From assembly GCA_963796055.1 (NCBI GenBank), contig CAWCKH010000004.1, positions 640,001-704,000 on the forward strand: a stretch of DNA of 64,000 bases, in the 5' to 3' direction. The first letter of the stretch is position 1. Each line of letters begins with the position of its first letter. The position numbers and the translations under genes were made by a program. The stretch comes from an uncultured delta proteobacterium. GTDB taxonomy: Bacteria > Myxococcota > Myxococcia > Myxococcales > Myxococcaceae. The notes beneath the pieces were generated by a model. The model saw nothing but the letters and a program-made list of their open reading frames with translations, did not search any database and was not told the origin of the DNA. Below, piece after piece: positions 59,653 to 64,000 of the stretch.

Positions 59653-60982
59653 CCGCCGCGTCGCCCACCTTGGCCGGCAGCGCAGGACGGCGCGCCCCCT
59701 GAAATGCGCTGGGCAGGATGCTGAACGGCAGCACCTTGGCCAGGGCGGCGAGGAGCAGCAGCCCACCCGGGGCGGCGAAGATGGCCAGCGCAGGGATGGC
59801 CTTGGCCACGTCGATGAGCTCGAGCCGCATCCGCCGTCGCTCGTCGGAGGTGAGCGACTGGCCGATGGCCAGCTTCCCGACGAACACTCCGAGCTCGCCC
59901 ATCATCCGCACCTCGAGCAGCAGCGCCTTGACGTTGTCGTCGAGCGAGCGCTGCATGCTGCTCACCCACTCCTCCCCCAGCGAGGCGGCATTGTCGGTCA
60001 CCCGGAAGACGTCCAGCAGATGTCTGTTCTCGGCGTAGAACTCGGCCACCTCGCCCTCGATCTCCAGCAGCGTGTCCGGGGAGATGCGCAGCGCCCGTGC
60101 CAGGGCGCGCAGAAACGCCAGCTCGCCCGGTGACCGCCGCCCTTCCACCAGCGAGGCGAGCACGGTCTGCTGGAGGATGAACCGCCGCAGCGGGAGGCTC
60201 CGCACCGGGCGGACCAGGGCGTCGAGGTCCGGCCGCTCGCGAAAGACCTGCTTCACCCGGGCCCGGAGCAACGGGCCGACTGGCTTCGGGAGGCCGAGCG
60301 AGTCCACCTGGCGGAGGATGGCCCGCCGGGCGGCAGGGGTGGGCGACCGCTCGGCGCAGGCGAGCGCGGTCAGCACCTCGACCAGGAGCGCCTTCTGCCG
60401 TGCCGCCACCGCGAGCCGGCGGCGGGCCTGCTCCAGAGCGAGCGAGGTGTGGAGCCAGGCGGCGAGCGCGAGGTGGGCAAAGAGCTGCGCGTCGACGTAG
60501 GCCGCCCCGTTGTGGAGGAGGAGCCCGTAGAGCGGGTCTGCCCCGAGCGACATGGCCCGGTCCTCGAGGAGGGCCTCCAGCCGGGCCACGCTCCGCGGGG
60601 GCAGTGCCCCGGTGGCGCGGAGGGCGGTCTGGAGCGTCTCCGCCAGGCGGAGGTGCCCGCTCCAGGCGGCAAAGAGGATGGTGAGCCGCTCCACGCGGCG
60701 CTCGGGGCCGAGCCCGGAGATGTCGGCCAGGTCCAGCGCCAGCCGCACCAGGGTGCGCAGCACGGCGAGCGACAGCTGCTCCTCGCGCGTCATCCCCGCC
60801 GGGTGGTCGACCTTCTCTGGCGTCCCGTAGAGCAGGCCGCTGTCGTGGAGCACCGTCCGGACATGCGCCCGGGCACGGGCGCGGGGGCTGGTGCCGGGGG
60901 CGCGCGCGTCGACCAGCGGCTCGTGCTTCGCCAGCTCCTGTTCCAGGAGCGCCGTGAACCACCCCGACTGACCGAAGCTCAT
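59618..60982 (-). CDS. Hypothetical protein with TerB-like and LETM1-like segments
   Basis: AGGAG RBS; LVEGRRSPGELAFLRALARAL (TerB-like); LIDVAKAIPALAIFAAPGG...LPSAF (LETM1-like). Confidence 0.65.
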   Translation of the reverse strand: MSFGQSGWFTALLEQELAKHEPLVDARAPGTSPRARARAHVRTVLHDSGLLYGTPEKVDHPAGMTREEQLSLAVLRTLVRLALDLADISGLGPERRVERLTILFAAWSGHLRLAETLQTALRATGALPPRSVARLEALLEDRAMSLGADPLYGLLLHNGAAYVDAQLFAHLALAAWLHTSLALEQARRRLAVAARQKALLVEVLTALACAERSPTPAARRAILRQVDSLGLPKPVGPLLRARVKQVFRERPDLDALVRPVRSLPLRRFILQQTVLASLVEGRRSPGELAFLRALARALRISPDTLLEIEGEVAEFYAENRHLLDVFRVTDNAASLGEEWVSSMQRSLDDNVKALLLEVRMMGELGVFVGKLAIGQSLTSDERRRMRLELIDVAKAIPALAIFAAPGGLLLLAALAKVLPFSILPSAFQGARRPALPAKVGDAAVRLARPGDAPR

Positions 60983-61092
60983 GTCTCCTGCGTCCGCCCC
61001 TCGGGAATTGCTCTAACCCCCGGGAGGCGAACAGTTCAAGTCGACAGCGAGGAGCACGGAGGGACGGGCCCGCCCGGTCACCGACCCCGGGA

Positions 61093-62166
<1,074 letters not shown>

Positions 62167-62201
62167 GGGGTGCCTGGACCTCGCTCCGAGCTCAGTAGAT
62201 G

Positions 62202-62219
62202 ACTGAACGCTGTTTCAGT
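62202..62219. promoter_or_regulatory. Putative LexA (SOS) operator
   Basis: Palindrome ACTGAA-CGCTGT-TTCAGT about 35 nt upstream of the recA start; partial match to the M. xanthus LexA box CTRHAMRYBYGTTCAGS. Confidence 0.65.
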
Positions 62220-62237
62220 ATGCCCGACGGCGATTTC

Positions 62238-62891
62238 CTAGTCGACCCCCCTGACACCCTTTGGCCAGATGAAGCGCGCGGTGACCAGGCCCGCCACTCC
62301 GGGGAGCACCGTCGCCACCCCGTACCGGAACCCCAGGACGCAGGCCAGCACGCCCAGGGCGAACACCGCTCGGCGGGCCCAGCTCCGCAGCGATGGCCGG
62401 ATGGCCCCGGCGACGGTCACCCCCTCCAGCGCCAGCACCGAGGCGAGCCCGATGCCGGTGGGCGGCTCGGACACGCCCCAGAGCGACAGGCACAGCGCCA
62501 CGGTCATCACCAGGACGGCGAGCCCGCGGCGGTCGGTCGCCTCGGAGGGGCGCTCGGCCCGCCAGTGGGCCAGGTCCTCCGGGGACACCTCGAGCGCGTA
62601 GGGGTAGCCGAGCGCAAGCAGCCGCTCCACGGCGACCGCCCGCGCCGAGCTCCCGTCGGAGGCGTGAAGCGTCGCCAGCTGGCCCGAGGCGAGGAGCTGG
62701 AGCAGCCGATCCGCGGTGGTCCGGGGGTTGCCCAGATCCAGCTGGGCCAGCCGGTCCACGAAGGCGCGGCGTGCGCCCTCATCCGCGCCCGGCGCCCGGG
62801 CGCTGGCCAGCGCGTGCCCGAGCGGGTCCTGTCCCACCGGCTCGAGCTCCCCGAGCGGACCGGGGGGGATGTGTGCCTGTTGGCGTTCCAC
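62238..62891 (-). CDS. Hypothetical membrane protein
   Basis: AVERLLALGYPYALEVSPEDL followed by about 4 TM segments; start codon estimated. Confidence 0.6.
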   Translation of the reverse strand: MERQQAHIPPGPLGELEPVGQDPLGHALASARAPGADEGARRAFVDRLAQLDLGNPRTTADRLLQLLASGQLATLHASDGSSARAVAVERLLALGYPYALEVSPEDLAHWRAERPSEATDRRGLAVLVMTVALCLSLWGVSEPPTGIGLASVLALEGVTVAGAIRPSLRSWARRAVFALGVLACVLGFRYGVATVLPGVAGLVTARFIWPKGVRGVD

Positions 62892-63000
62892 GTCCGACAG
62901 GACTCTCCTTACCAGGGGGGCCACGCCGGGGCCACGCGGCCGCCGCCCGGGCGTCAGCCCGCAACCGCCGGGCCTGCGCCCGTGTTCACATCCAGTGCCC

Positions 63001-63603
63001 GTGGACGAACGAACGGACGAGGACGCGGCCCTGATGCTGCGGGTGGCGGCGGGTGACACCGCCGCCTTCGCAGCGCTCTACGACCGGCACCACCGGTCGG
63101 TGGCGCGCTTCGCCCATCGCTTGGTCCAGGACGCCGGGAAGGCAGAGGAGCTGACGCAGGACATCTTCGTGAAGCTGTATCGACATGCAGGCCGCTATCG
63201 GCGCACCGCGCGCTTCAAGACCTTCCTCTTCAGGGTGGCGGCCAACCACTGTCTGAACGAGGTCCGCCGAGGGGAGTACCGGGTGCGACACGTGCCCGAG
63301 CAGGGCGAGGAGGGCAAGGCAGTGGAGCTGGCCGCACCGGAGGCCCACGCCCCGGACCGGGCCGTCGAGGGGCGGGAGCTGGAGGCGACGGTGGCGGCGG
63401 CGCTCCAGCAGCTGAGCGAGCGCGAGCGGACCGCCTTCGCGCTCTGCCGGTTCGAGGGGATGGCGTACCGCGACATCGCCGAGGTGCTCTCGGCGAGCGA
63501 GGCTGCGGTGAAGAGTCTCATCCACCGCGCGACCCTCTCGGTCGCCCTGGCGGTGGAGGCATGGCAGGCAGGGGCCAGCGGCCCCGCGAGGAGCGAGGCA
63601 TGA
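63001..63603 (+). CDS. ECF RNA polymerase sigma factor
   Basis: GDTAAFAALY, AEELTQDIF, FKTFLFRVAANHCLN, EGMAYRDIAEVL..VKSLIHRA. Confidence 0.92.
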   Translation: MDERTDEDAALMLRVAAGDTAAFAALYDRHHRSVARFAHRLVQDAGKAEELTQDIFVKLYRHAGRYRRTARFKTFLFRVAANHCLNEVRRGEYRVRHVPEQGEEGKAVELAAPEAHAPDRAVEGRELEATVAAALQQLSERERTAFALCRFEGMAYRDIAEVLSASEAAVKSLIHRATLSVALAVEAWQAGASGPARSEA

Positions 63604-64000
63604 GCTGCACCGTGGAAGAAGAGCTGACCGCATACGTGGACGGCGAGCTGTCCGCCGTCGAGGCGGCGCGGGTGCGGGGCCACCTGACCTCCTGTCCCGA
63701 TTGCCGGGCGACGGAGGCCCTGCTCCGGCGGACTCTGACCGAGCTGGCCACGCTGCCGGCCTTCGAGCCGTCGCCGGGGCTCCGCCGCCGGGTGCTGGCC
63801 GAGGTCGACGCGCTCCCCCCGCGGTGGACCGAGCGGGTGCGTGGCTGGTTCCGACCCGGCGTGCTGGCCCCGGCAGGGCTGGTGCTGGCGACGGCGGTGG
63901 TGGTCGCGGTAGTGGTGGGCCAGCGCGCGGTGACGGCGCGGGCCGAGCAGCGCACCGAGCTGGCGGTGGCCGAGCACTACGAGCTGCTCAGCGACTACGA
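63600..64000 (+). CDS. Zinc-binding (ZAS/zf-HC2) anti-sigma factor, partial
   Basis: Translated by hand: MSCTVEEELTAYVDGEL...GHLTSCPDC (HxxxCxxC), then a TM segment; ATGA overlap with the sigma stop; runs off the window end. Confidence 0.88.
   Translation, partial: MSCTVEEELTAYVDGELSAVEAARVRGHLTSCPDCRATEALLRRTLTELATLPAFEPSPGLRRRVLAEVDALPPRWTERVRGWFRPGVLAPAGLVLATAVVVAVVVGQRAVTARAEQRTELAVAEHYELLSDY

Overview
Very GC-rich, gene-dense window that looks like core chromosome of a myxobacterium (Myxococcales). The best markers are an Oar-type TonB-dependent transporter with a downstream MlpA-like lipoprotein, a divergent tonB-exbB-exbD-exbD operon, and both myxobacterial recA paralogues (recA1-type at 15.5 kb; recA2-type at 61-62 kb with a LexA-like palindrome). 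About 57 CDS are supportable. Housekeeping genes include priA, def, fmt, rsmB, nth, cinA, pssA, pfkA, NDH-2, a threonine aldolase, dehydratase and synthase, an RluA pseudouridine synthase, a LysR regulator and an ECF sigma/anti-sigma pair. There are also many lipoproteins and hypothetical proteins. I saw no rRNA, complete tRNA, CRISPR array, transposase or integrase, and I cannot demonstrate a clear new multi-gene system. The best leads are: an orphan PD-(D/E)XK-like protein; a hairpin-rich intergenic region with a sigma54-like promoter in front of a frameshifted comM/yifB; several apparent pseudo-enzymes (AroQ-like inside the fmt-rsmB operon, M3-peptidase-like, pseudo-receiver/J-like); a short diiron ferritin-like protein; a LETM1-like gene behind recA2; and an exact 70-bp intergenic duplication. 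All family assignments come from motif recognition by eye, not from database searches.
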